Source: Eledone cirrhosa (Eukaryota). Taken from it: a stretch of 64,000 nt of DNA. The stretch covers positions 419,864,001-419,928,000 of the forward strand of contig OZ024740.1 of the NCBI GenBank assembly GCA_964016885.1. The letters run 5' to 3'. This document shows, piece by piece, positions 1 to 12,300 of the stretch (position 1 is its first letter; every line of letters starts with the position of its first letter). Under the pieces are notes generated by a model, which searched no databases, was not told the DNA's origin, and worked only from the letters and a program-made list of their open reading frames with translations. A program made the position numbers and the translations under genes.

Positions 1-208
1 GTGTATATATATGTGTGTGTGTATGTATATATGTATGTGTGTGTGTGGGTGAGTATGTGTATGTGTGTATATATATATGTGTGTGTGCGTGTATATGTGT
101 GTGTATATATATGTGTATGTATATATATGTGTGTGTGTATATATATGTGTATGTGTGTGTATGTATGTGTGTGTGGGTGTGCATGAATATGTGTATGTGT
201 GTGTGTGC
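1..208. repeat. (TG/TA)n compound microsatellite
   Basis: Alternating gtgt/tata runs read directly. Confidence 0.95.
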
Positions 209-419
209 CTTTCATTTTATTTTACAAAGCTGTTTATACAAAAACAAAACACGCTATTAAAGGGAACAAAAAATAAATAAAAATAAAAAAAGAACCAAGC
301 CAAGAGAGGTGGGGGGGGGGGGTATACAGGAGTCTGTATTCCTAAGATTGGTCTCAATGAAATTTAGTAAACTAGTACTTGAGATTTCTCACTAGTTTTA
401 CTTTGGTAGATTTAAATAT

Positions 420-695
420 TCTTCTTCTTCTTCTCCTTCTCCTTCTTCTTCTTCTCCTTCTTCTCCTTCTCTTTCTTCTTCTCCTTCTCCTCCTTCTTCC
501 ACCTATTCCAGAGAGGGTTGTGGTGTCAGAGTCCTCAAACACACCCCTTCCAGCAGGTCCTGTCAGAAGCAACCATCTCCACCTGATCCACCTGGATCCC
601 CAAGCAAGACCAGCCAACCCCATGGATGTTAACCAACCATCTTTCTTGCAGTCTACCCCTGCGTCTCCTGCCAGTTGGTTTTGCTCTATTTCTAA
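420..695 (-). mobile_element. 3' end of an RTE-like LINE with a (GAA/GGA)n tail
   Basis: The minus strand reads KPTGRRRRGRLQERW...DRTCWK, which resembles the RT C-terminal R-G-R..W..DR..W motif. An 80-bp ctt/ctc tract (420-500) forms the tail. Confidence 0.6.
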
Positions 696-799
696 TTAAT
701 AAATTAATTAGTATCCAATATCACCCCACACAATTCCAAACTTAAATGTTGTTCTCTGGATTTGTTGAACTATGACTAAAGCATTGTTTTATCTGTACT

Positions 800-1228
800 T
801 GTCTCACTCACACTTCACTCACACAGTTACACACTTCACTCACACAATCACACACATGCGGTCACACACTTCACACTGTCACACACACTTCACTCTAAAG
901 CATTGTTTTGGCTGTACTTCTCTCACACAGTCACACTCACACTTCACACTCACTGACACATACTCACAGTCACACTTGCTCACACTTCACACTCACTTAC
1001 ACAGTCACACTTCACACACATACACACAGTCACACTTCACACACACTCACACAGTCACACACACCACACTCACACTTCACACACACTCACAGTCACACTC
1101 CACACACTCACACACAGTCACACACTTCATACTAAAGCATTGTCTTCTCTGTACTTCTCTCACACACACTCCATACACACACTTCACACACTCCACACGC
1201 ACTTCACACACACCCACACACACACTTA
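800..1228. repeat. CA-rich degenerate minisatellite (cacacttcacac/cacagtcac)
   Basis: Read directly. A spacer (taaagcattgt...tgtactt) recurs near 775, 895 and 1135. Confidence 0.85.
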
Positions 1229-2679
1229 CCATAATGGTCAGCAATGTTTCACACCCCATCAACCATGACTAAGATAATATATTCCACAGTAATACCACTA
1301 AAATCACAAAATCTATCTGATTCACTGCTTAACACAATAAATATGCCAACATACTTTGTGTTAGTAAATCCATCAAGAAAAGCTATGTTACACCTACATA
1401 TTAATTATAGAAACATGGCCACCAACTTTCAGAAAGAAACTTTTCATTTTATCTTTTTTATCTTTATTTATTGATAACTTTTAATGTTCGCTTTTATGAA
1501 TTAGGTTAGATTTTGAAACCAAATATTTATGTAGAAGAAAGTATAATTTATTTATTAGAAGGAAGTCATTATTTCATAGAAAATGAATTAATTAGCAATG
1601 AAATATTAATTGCTTTTGTGAATTTATTTATCTATTTATTTGATGGGGGGGGGGGGCTTTCTGATCTGTAACTCCTGGTGTAGAGGTGCAGTTATGATGT
1701 ACAGTGTTTCTAGGGCATTTTTAAAACCCAGTAGACCCCCCCTCTCCAGGTCTGAACACAGCTGATTTCTTTCTAGGGTAGATAGAGAGAGGAATTGAGA
1801 AAGAGATATAGAGGAATAATCAACCCCAGTATTAAACTGGTACTTTTTATTTTATCAACCTCGAAAGGATGAAAAGCAAAGAGAGTCGGAACAAATGTCG
1901 CAAAGCCTTCTATCTGAGGTTCTGATGACTGCCAATTCACCACTTTTTTATGAATTATGTGATCTCAAATCACTGAGACTCACAGAGGAGATGATGAAGG
2001 AACAAGGCTAGTGGAGAGATGTTAGACTAAAAAGGACCCGTCCAACCCATGCAAGTGTGGAAAAATAGATGTAAAAATAATTGTTTCTACTTTAGGCACA
2101 AGGCCAGCAATTATCCAGTGCATTACTGAATGATGATGACATTGAAGATGAAATGAACTAAATATCTCTGACAATCCTTGAGAGTATCTCTGATTAAAAG
2201 TAATAGCATGTCAAACTCAAAGGCTTTCTGATAATTCTGTGGGAATATGTGGTTACAACTTCCTTTATCTAATTAACAGATAGAGAAGAAATAACTTTAA
2301 CTAAAACCTTGACAATAAATATGCTTCACTGCTTTACATTCTGATATTTTGTTGATTGCTAACATAGTAGACATTGTGTTTTGGCTTTCTGAGGTGAAAT
2401 GGCTACTGTTGACTGACAATCAAAACTAAATTACAGCAGCACTCTCCAATTGTGTCAGGGTCACAAGATGTATAAGATGAATGTACCCAGTGCACTCTGT
2501 AAAGTGGTTGGCATCCAGCCATAGGAAACTTGCCAAACAAAGGATCGGGAGGACTTTTCAGCTGTTTCAAAGACATGACAACAATTCTAGTGCTAGAGCC
2601 ATGATAAAATGCACTCTGTAGAGTGTGGGATTGTATGTAAGCAAGATGCAGTCCACTATCTCGTCTAAGTGGTCAGTAG

Positions 2680-2854
2680 CAGACCTGTCAACCTCTAAAA
2701 ACCCAAACGGGGAGTACCATGAAAAAAAAGTGCTCCAAAATCGGGAGAAATGAGGCAAAATGGGGAGATATACTTATAATGAAAGCTATACTCATTTTCA
2801 CAAGAGAAGACATCTCTCACCCACCACATCAGACAGGGAGAGTTGACAGGTCTG
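2680..2854. mobile_element. 175-bp MITE (possibly hAT type) with 13-bp TIRs and a 6-bp TSD
   Basis: TIRs CAGACCTGTCAAC / GTTGACAGGTCTG. Direct repeat CAGTAG at 2674-2679 and 2855-2860. Confidence 0.8.
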
Positions 2855-3263
2855 CAGTAGGTCCACTTCAATTCTAACCTGGTCTGTTGACAACCTGTTC
2901 AGCCCTTGCTAGCAGTGAAAGTGATGATGATGGTGGTCTACCATTCCCCACTATCTACTCAAATATAAGTTCACCACACTATTTTATGTCTGAGAAATGG
3001 GCAAAAATCCAAACCTTATCTATGTAGAATTTGAAGTTAGTGAAAATCATCAAAATATTGACTCCAAATATAAACCGTTCCCCACTTCTACCATCAATCT
3101 TTTAGTTATATATTCCTCGGATTATATTCGAGTATATATGGTACCTCCATTCTATAGCTGTCACTTGGAGGGACTAATACTACAACGGAAGCTTCTAGTA
3201 GTTCTTCATTACCATTACATTATTGATATTTAAGAATATATATGTAACTCAACAATGTGTAAT

Positions 3264-3448
3264 AATTGTTTCTACTTTTGGCACAAGGCCAGCAATTATC
3301 CCAGTGTATTACTGGTGCTTTATTTTATCGACTCCGTAAGGATGAAAGGTAAAGTTAACCTAGGCGGGATTTGAACTCAGAGCACAAAGGGCCGTAACTC
3401 TTTGCTATAAAGCATGGCGTCAGACCCTCTACCGATACTGCCAATCCA
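3264..3448 (-). mobile_element. tRNA-derived SINE family A
   Basis: A box (TGGCAGTATCGG), B box (GAGTTCAAATCCC), body ctttcatccttacgg-gtcgataaaataaag and 3' end ccttgtgccaaaagtagaaacaatt. TSD caatgt(g/c)taataat. Confidence 0.9.
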
Positions 3449-3491
3449 ATGTCTAATAATGTTGCTATTGCATTCTGTTGAAAATACTTGA

Positions 3492-3660
3492 TAATGGTTT
3501 CTAATTTAGACACAAGGCCGGCAATTTGAGGGTTGGGAAGTGAACGTTTATTAAATTGACTCCAATACATGACTCAGAACATAAAGAGCTGAAACAAATA
3601 CTACAATATATTTTGTTCAATGCTCTAATGATTCCATGAAGCCACCACCCTCCCCAACAA
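3492..3660 (-). mobile_element. Older SINE A variant
   Basis: 3' end ggtttctaatttagacacaagg with a degraded body. Confidence 0.65.
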
Positions 3661-3713
3661 TGTATATATAGTGAGATATTTTCTGTTGTTAAACATTTTA
3701 TTAAAAGTGCTTA

Positions 3714-4147
3714 TTAACCCTTTAGTTACCAACCTGGCCAAAACCAGTTCTGGTTCTATGAAATAAAGTCACCCATTTTTAAGGTTTTCAATTTAAATTA
3801 AAATCTTCCAACATTATTTTATAAGGGCGGTGAATTGGCAGTATCGGTAGAGGGTAGGATATGCTTTCCAGCATAGTTACGTCCCTTTACGATCTGAGTT
3901 CAATTCCCGCCGAGGTTTACTTTGCCTTTCATCCTTACGGGGTCGATAAAATAAAGTACCAGTAATGTACTGGGATAATTGCTGGCCTTGTGCCAAAAGT
4001 AGAAACAATTATTTTATATAAAAACCTTACATTAAGATACTATCTTAGTAATTAAATAATGAATGATTTTAGTAAATCCCTCAAAATTCTTCATTAATTA
4101 ATTAAAATAGAGTGTTTTCATTAGAAATGTGGTCATGAAAGGGTTAA
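3714..4147. mobile_element. piggyBac-type (TTAA) MITE containing a nested SINE A
   Basis: Termini ttaa-CCCTTT and AAAGGG-ttaa. Confidence 0.65.
3824..4010 (+). mobile_element. SINE A, full length
   Basis: tRNA head with A and B boxes. 11-bp TSD attattttata at 3813-3823 and 4008-4018. Confidence 0.9.
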
Positions 4148-4914
4148 TACAAATTAGTTTGCATAATTCAAGCTAATGGTGATTAGATATTATGTGAAAT
4201 ATTTTACATGCATATTATAAACTGGTATCATTGGATTAGAAAAATAGGGCAAAAGTACCATAAACCTTATCTGATATTTATGAAATGGAAAAAAGTAATT
4301 TTAGATTTTTGTGTATTTTGTTTAAATATTTTTATGCAACAACATATTTTTGTGTAATAAAATAACTTCCTTATCAAACAATTATATTTACATAAATATT
4401 TTTATAACTCACATTGAAAGGTTACTGCATTACAATAACTCTAAGCCCTCTCTTAGAATTTTATTAGATTATATATGTTGTTAGTAAACACACCCTAACC
4501 CTTGAAAGTAGCAGTAATTTACTTAGTATAAACACCCAAACCCCTGAAAGTAGCTGTAATTTACCTCATACCCCTAAAAGTTGCTGTAATTTACCCTAAA
4601 CCCTTGAAAATATTTTACCCTATTCAGTAGCTAGACACATGTTACATATTGGCGAGAGCCAAAACAGACAAAGGTAACCAAAATTTAATGAACATTGCTG
4701 TAATTAATTACTGTATATAATAGTTTAGCAACAACTCAATTGATACCACATGGCTGTAGGTTGTTTTGAGCTGAAAGATCCTGTCTACCATACAACATAC
4801 ATGCTGCACCTAATTCTTACAGGCTTACTACCTGCTCTACTATAAGGTCTGCATGATCACAGCTGGCATGGGCTACACCTATAACAGCATACCATGCATT
4901 TCTCTCTCTCTCTC

Positions 4915-4948
<34 letters not shown>

Positions 4949-5632
4949 CAATAGAAACTAGACAGCAGATAGATCTTACTCTAATTACATTATTCATCAT
5001 TAACCAATGAGTCGGACTGTGCCAGGGAGTTTCTCTGCCTCACTTAAAGAAATACATATTCTACATTATCACTAAATAAAGCCATGTATGTCAGATATTT
5101 ACTTTACAAAGTATACTTGCAAACTTTTTTGGTTTTTGAATGCCACCACAATGAGCACCCAGTCCACTCTGTAAAGTGGTTGTGTTGTTGACACGACAAA
5201 AAGTTCCCAGTCCATACTGTAAAGTGGTCATGTAGGAACCACCACAATGAGCACCCAGTCCACTCTGTAAAGTGGTCGTGTTGGTGGCACGACAAAACAT
5301 GCCCAGTCCACACTGTCAAAGTTAGCTTGGTGCAAGTAATTGGAATTGAAAAGTTATACATACAGGTATTAAATTAAAAAATTCTAACCATTCTAAAACT
5401 AAAGAGCCCATCAGAGGTCACAAATAAACTGGTACAGCCATTGTTGGTGAGTGTGTGTCCCTCACTGCAGGGGACCCAAGGCAATTGTCCCTTTGCCCTC
5501 ATTAAATCCTGCCCTGGAGGTAGTTAGAGTTTTTTGTTTATTGGTTTTTTTGATAATCAATAAAATGGTTTTGTTTTATATCTGTATATTGTTATCAAAT
5601 TACAACCAGTCGCAGCACGTTTGACAATAAAA

Positions 5633-5742
5633 CTGAGGGTAGGAGGTTATTATCTGAGGGTAGTAGGTTATTCTGAGGGTAGGAGGTTATTATCTGAGGG
5701 TGGGAGGTTATTCTGAGGGTAGTAGGTTATTATTCTGAGGGA
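5633..5742. repeat. Tandem repeat of ~19-22 bp (ctgagggtaggaggttatt), 5-6 copies
   Basis: Read directly. Confidence 0.85.
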
Positions 5743-5877
5743 AATACCAGTCTGTATTCAAAACTTAGCTGGTCACTTTACAACATGCTACTGCTACTGC
5801 TGCTGTTTAGCCCCAAGTCAGCAGGCTTGTGGTCAAAAGAAGCCAGCCATAACAGACCTGAAGGACTACACTGTCTT

Positions 5878-6168
5878 TTGGCTGTTATTTCTAGCATGCT
5901 GATTTACCATGTAGAAGTTCCTTTGTTGGGTTGCTTCAGAATTTCTTTTTTCTGTGTGTATAGCTTCTCATTTGTTTTGTTCATGTCTCAGTAATGAACT
6001 CTTTGGCACTTTCAGGGAATTTGGCTGTTATTTCTAGCATGCTGATTGACCATGTAGAAGTTCCTTTGTTGGGTTGTTTCAGAGTTTCTTTTCTCTGTGT
6101 CTATAGCTTCTCATTTGTTTTGTTAACACCACAGAATGCCTCAGTAATGAACTCTGACACTTTCAGCT
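5878..6168. repeat. ~145-bp direct duplication involving a dispersed SINE-like repeat (ttggctgttatttctagca)
   Basis: 5878-6015 matches 6021-6165. The same motif occurs inverted at 6175-6250 and again at 52620-52680. Confidence 0.75.
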
Positions 6169-6360
6169 AATGATGTAGTCTCCATGTGGTTGCTCAAAAT
6201 GCTAGAAATATCAACCAAAATCTCCCTCAAATTACACCTCCCCCTGTTAAATAAAGAAGGACATGTTGAACAATATATTTGCTGATATCTCGAAACACTT
6301 TTGAATAAGTCTGCTCAATTCCCGCTGTTTTGTAGCAATAATCAACAACAATCTTCAACT

Positions 6361-9300
6361 CTCCCGTCTCTGTTAGTCTACTTTATGGTGCCTGTATTGT
6401 CACCTGTCTCTCTTAGTCTACTTTATGGTGCCTGTATTGTCACCTGTCTCTCTTAGTCTACTTTATAGTGCCTGTATTGTCACCTGTCTCTCTTAGTCTA
6501 CTTTATGGTGCCTGTATTGTCACCTGTCTCTCTTAGTCTACTTTATTGTGCCTGTATTGTCACCTGTCTCTCTTAGTCTACTTTATTGTGCCTGTATTGT
6601 CACCTGTCTCTCTTAGTCTACTTTATGGTGCCTGTATTGTCACCTGTCTCTCTTAGTCTACTTTATTGTGCCTGTATTGTCACCTGTCTCTCTTAGTCTA
6701 CTTTATGGTGCCTGTATTGTCACCTGTCTCTCTTAGTCTACTTTATGGTGCCTGTATTGTCACCTGTCTCTCTTAGTCTACTTTATGGTGCCTGTATTGT
6801 CACCTGTCTCTCTTAGTCTACTTTATGGTGCCTGTATTGTCACCTGTCTCTCTTAGTCTACTTTATGGTGCCTGTATTGTCACCTGTCTCTCTTAGTCTA
6901 CTTGATGGTGCCTGTATTGTCACCTGTCTCTCTTAGTCTACTTTATGGTGCCTGTATTGTCACCTGTCTCTCTTAGTCTACTTTATGGTGCCTGTATTGT
7001 CACCTGTCTCTCTTAGTCTACTTTATTGTGCCTGTATTGTCACCTGTCTCTCTTAGTCTACTTTATGGTGCCTGTATTGTCACCTGTCTCTCTTAGTCTA
7101 CTTTATGGTGCCTGTATTGTCACCTGTCTCTCTTAGTCTACTTTATGGTGCCTGTATTGTCACCTGTCTCTGTTAGTCTACTTTATGGTGCCTGTATTGT
7201 CACCTGTCTCTGTTAGTCTACTTTATCGTGCCTGTATTGTCACCTGTCTCTGTTAGTCTACTTTATGGTGCCTGTATTGTCACCTGTCTCTCTTAGTCTA
7301 CTTTATGGTGCCTGTATTGTCACCTGTCTCTCTTAGTCTACTTTATTGTGCCTGTATTGTCACCTGTCTCTCTTAGACTACTTTATGGTGCCTGTATTGT
7401 CACCTGTCTCTCTTAGTCTACTTTATGGTGCCTGTATCGTCACCTGTCTCTGTTAGTCTACTTTATGGTGCCTATATTGTCACCTGTCTCTGTTAGTCTA
7501 CTTTATGGTGCCTGTATTGTCACCTGTCTCTGTTAGTCTACTTTATGGTGCCTGTATTGTCACCTGTCTCTCTTAGTCTACTTTATGGTGCCTGTATTGT
7601 CACCTGTCTCTCTTAGTCTACTTTATGGTGCCTGTATTGTCACCTGTCTCTCTTAGTCTACTTTATGGTGCCTGTATCGTCACCTGTCTCTCTTAGTTTA
7701 CTTTATGGTGCCTGTATTGTCACCTGTCTCTCTTAGTCTACTTTATTGTGCCTGTATTGTCACCTGTCTCTGTTAGTCTACTTTATGGTGCCTGTATTGT
7801 CACCTGTCTCTCTTAGTCTACTTTATGGTGCCTGAATTGTCACCTGTCTCTGTTAGTCTACTTTATGGTGCCTGTATTGTCACCTGTCTCTCTTAGTCTA
7901 CTTTATGGTGCCTGTATTGTCACCTGTCTCTCTTAGTCTACTTTATGGTGCCTGTATTGTCACCTGTCTCTCTTAGTCTATTTTATGGTGCCTGTATTGT
8001 CACCTGTCTCTCTTAGTCTACTTTATGGTGCCTGTATTGTCACCTGTCTCTCTTAGTCTACTTTATGGTGCCTGTATTGTCACCTGTCTCACTTAGTCTA
8101 CTTTATTGTGCCTGTATTGTCACCTGTCTCTCTTAGTCTACTTTATGGTGCCTGTATTGTCACCTGTCTCTCTTAGTCTACTTTATGGTGCCTGTATTGT
8201 CACCTGTCTCTCTTAGTCTACTTTATTGTGCCTGTATTGTCACCTGTCTCTCTTAGTCTACTTTATGGTGCCTGTATTGTCACCTGTCTCTCTTAGTCTA
8301 CTTTATTGTGCCTGTATTGTCACCTGTCTCTCTTAGTCTACTTTATGGTGCTTGTATTGTCACCTGTCTCTCTTAGTCTACTTTATGGTGCCTGTATTGT
8401 CACCTGTCTCTGTTAGTCTACTTTATGGTGCCTGTATTGTCACCTGTCTCTCTTAGTCTACTTTATGGTGCCTGTATTGTCACCTGTCTCTGTTAGTCTA
8501 CTTTATGGTGCCTGTATTGTCACCTGTCTCTGTTAGACTACTTTATGGTGACTGTATTGTCACCTGTCTCTCTTAGTCTACTTTATGGTGCCTGTATTTT
8601 CACCTGTCTCTCTTAGTCTACTTTATGGTGCCTGTATTGTCACCTGTCTCTGTTAGTCTACTTTATGGTGCCTGTATTGTCACCTGTCTCTGTTAGTCTA
8701 CTTTATTGTGCCTGTATTGTCACCTGTCTCTGTTAGTCTACTTTATGGTGCCTGTATTGTCACCTGTCTCTCTTAGTCTACTTTATGGTGCCTGTATTGT
8801 CACCTGTCTCTCTTAGTCTACTTTATGGTGCCTGTATTGTCACCTGTCTCTCTTAGTCTACTTTATTGTGCCTGTATTGTCACCTGTCTCTCTTAGTCTA
8901 TTTTATGGTGCCTGTATTGTCACGTGTCTCTCTTAGTCTACTTTATGGTGCCTGTATTGTCACCTGTCTCTCTTAGTCTACTTTATAGTGCCTGTATTGT
9001 CACCTGTCTCTCTTAGTCTACTTTATGGTGCCTGTATTGTCACCTGTCTCTCTTAGTCTACTTTATTGTGCCTGTATTGTCACCTGTCTCTCTTAGTCTA
9101 CTTTATGGTGCCTGTATTGTCACCTGTCTCTCTTAGTCTACTTTATGGTGCCTGTATTGTCACCTGTCTCTCTTAGTCTACTTTATGGTGCCTGTATTGT
9201 CACCTGTCTCTCTTAGTCTACTTGATGTTGCCTTTATTGTCACCTGTCTCTCTTAGTCTACTTTATTGTGCCTGTATTGTCACCTGTCTCTCTTAGTCTA

Positions 9301-12300
9301 CTTTATGGTGCCTGTATTGTCACCTGTCTGTCTTAGTCTACTTTATTGTGCCTGTATTGTCACCTGTCTCTCTTAGTCTACTTTATGGTGCCTGTATTGT
9401 CACCTGTCTCTCTTAGTCTACTTTATGGTGCCTGTATTGTCACCTGTCTCTCTTAGTCTACTTTATGGTGCCTGTATTGTCACCTGTCTCTCTTAGTCTA
9501 CTTTATTGTGCCTGTATTGTCACCTGTCTCTGTTAGTCTACTTTATGGTGCCTGTATTGTCACCTGTCTCTCTTAGTCTGCTTTATGGTGCCTGAATTGT
9601 CACCTGTCTCTGTTAGTCTACTTTATGGTGCCTGTATTGTCACCTGTCTCTCTTAGTCTACTTTATGGTGCCTGTATTGTCACCTGTCTCTGTTAGTCTA
9701 CTTTATGGTGCCTGTATTGTCACCTGTCTCTCTTAGTCTACTTTATGGTGCCTGTATTGTCACCTGTCTCTCTTAGTCTACTTTATTGTGCCTGTATTGT
9801 CACCTGTCTCTGTTAGTCTACTTTATGGTGCCTGTATTGTCACCTGTCTCTGTCAGTCTACTTTATGGTGCCTGTATTGTCACCTGTCTCTCTTAGTCTA
9901 CTTTATGGTGCCTGTATTGTCACCTGTCTCTCTTAGTCTACTTTATGGTGCCTGTATTGTCACCTGTCTCTCTTAGTCTACTTTATGGTGCCTGTATTGT
10001 CACCTGTCTCTCTTAGTCTACTTTATGGTGCCTGTATTGTCACCTGTCTCTCTTAGTCTACTTTATTGTGCCTGTATTGTCACCTGTCTCTGTTAGTCTA
10101 CTTTATGGTGCCTGTATTGTCACCTGTCTCTCTTAGTCTACTTTATTGTGCCTGTATTGTCACCTGTCTCTCTTAGTCTACTTTATGGTGCCTGTATTGT
10201 AACCTGTCTCTCTTAGTCTACTTGATGGTGCCTGTATTGTCACCTGTCTCTCTTAGTCTACTTTATTGTGCCTGTATTGTCACCTGTCTCTCTTAGTCTA
10301 CTTTATGGTGCCTGTATTGTCACCTGTCTCTCTTAGTCTACTTTATGGTGCCTGTATTGTCACCTGTCTCTGTTAGTCTACTTTATGGTGCCTGTATTTT
10401 CACCTGTCTCTCTTAGTCTACTTTATGGTGCCTGTATTGTCACCTGTCTCTCTTAGTCTACTTTATGGTGCCTGTATTGTCACCTGTCTCTGTTAGTCTA
10501 CTTTATGGTGCCTGTATTTTCACCTGTCTCTCTTAGTCTACTTTATGGTGCCTGTATTGTCACCTGTCTCTCTTAGTCTACTTTATTGTGCCTGTATTGT
10601 CACCTGTCTCTCTTAGTCTACTTTATGGTGCCTGTATTGTCACCTGTCTCTGTTAGTCTACTTTATGGTGCCTGTATTGTCACCTGTCTCTCTTAGTCTA
10701 CTTTATGGTGCCTGTATTGTCACCTGTCTCTGTTAGTCTACTTTATGGTGCCTGTATTTTCACCTGTCTCTCTTAGTCTACTTTATGGTGCCTGTATTGT
10801 CACCTGTCTCTGTTAGTCTACTTTATTGTGCCTGTATTGTCACCTGTCTCTCTTAGTCTACTTTATGGTGCCTGTATTGTCACCTGTCTCTCTTAGTCTA
10901 CTTTATGGTGCCTGTATTGTCACCTGCCTCTGTTAGTCTACTTTATTGTGCCTGTATTGTCACCTGTTTCTCTTAGTCTACTTTATGGTGCCTGTATTGT
11001 CACCTGTCTCTCTTAGTCTAATTTATGGTGCCTGTATTGTCACCTGTCTCTCTTAGTCTACTTTATGGTGCCTGTATTGTCACCTGTCTCTCTTAGTCTA
11101 CTTTATGGTGCCTGTATTGTCACCTGTCTCTCTTAGTCTACTTTATGGTGCCTGTATTGTCACCTGTCTCTCTTAGTCTACTTTATGGTGCCTGTATTGT
11201 CACCTGTCTCTGTCAGTCTACTTTATGGTTCCTGTATTGTCACCTGTCTCTCTTAGTTTACTTTATTGTGCCTGTATTGTCACTTGTCTCTCTTAGTCTA
11301 CTTTATGGTGCCTGTATTGTCACCTGTCTCTCTTAGTCTACTTTATGGTACCTGTATTGTCACCTGTCTCTGTTAGTCTACTTTATGGTGCCTGTATTGT
11401 CACCTGTCTCTCTTAGTCTACTTTATGGTGCCTGTATTGTCACCTGTCTCTCTTAGTTTACTTTATGGTGCCTGTATTGTCACCTGTCTCTCTTAGTCTA
11501 CTTTATGGTGCCTGTATTGTCACCTGTCTCTCTTAGTCTACTTTATGGTGCCTGTATTGTCACCCGACTCTGTTAGTCTACTTTATGGTGCCTGTATTGT
11601 CACCCGTCTCTGTTAGTCTACTTTATGATGCCTGTATTGTCACCTGTCTCTGTTAGTCTACTTTATGGTGCCTGTATTGTCACCTGTCTCTGTTAGTCTA
11701 CTTTATGGTGCCTGTATTGTCACCCGTCTCTGTTAGTCTACTTTATGATGCCTGTATTGTCACCTGTCTCTGTTAGTCTACTTTATGGTGCCTGTATTGT
11801 CACCTGTCTCTGTTAGTCTACTTTATGGTGCCTGTATTGTCACCTGTCTCTGTTAGTCTACTTTATGGTGCCTGTATTGTCACCTGTCTCTGTTAGTCTA
11901 CTTTATGGTGCCTGTATTGTCACCTGTCTCTCTTAGTCTACTTTATGGTGCCTGTATTGTCACCTGTCTATCTTAGTCTACTTTATGATGCCTGTATTGT
12001 CACCTGTCTCTGTTAGTCTACTTTATGGTGCCTGTATTGTCACCTGTCTCTCTTAGTCTACTCTATTGTGCCTGTATTGTCACCTGTCTCTCTTAGTCTA
12101 CTTTATGGTGCCTGTATTGTCACCTGTCTCTCTTAGTCTACTTTATGGTGCCTGTATTGTCACCTGTCTCTCTTAGTCTACTTTATGGTGCCTGTATTGT
12201 CACCTGTCTCTCTTAGTCTACTTTATGGTGCCTGTATTGTCACCTGTCTCTCTTAGTCTACTTCATGGTGCCTGTATTGTCACCTGTCTCTCTTAGTCTA

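Noticed and set aside
1670-1900. Similarity to 16835-17290 as duplicated exons
   Set aside because: I found no convincing shared reading frame. The match is partly SINE and partly another dispersed repeat or old duplication.
2997-3233. 78-aa ORF as a host gene
   Set aside because: No recognisable motif. It overlaps a probable Tc1/mariner-type MITE end (minus strand taccatatatactcgaatataatccgagg, ~3115-3143).
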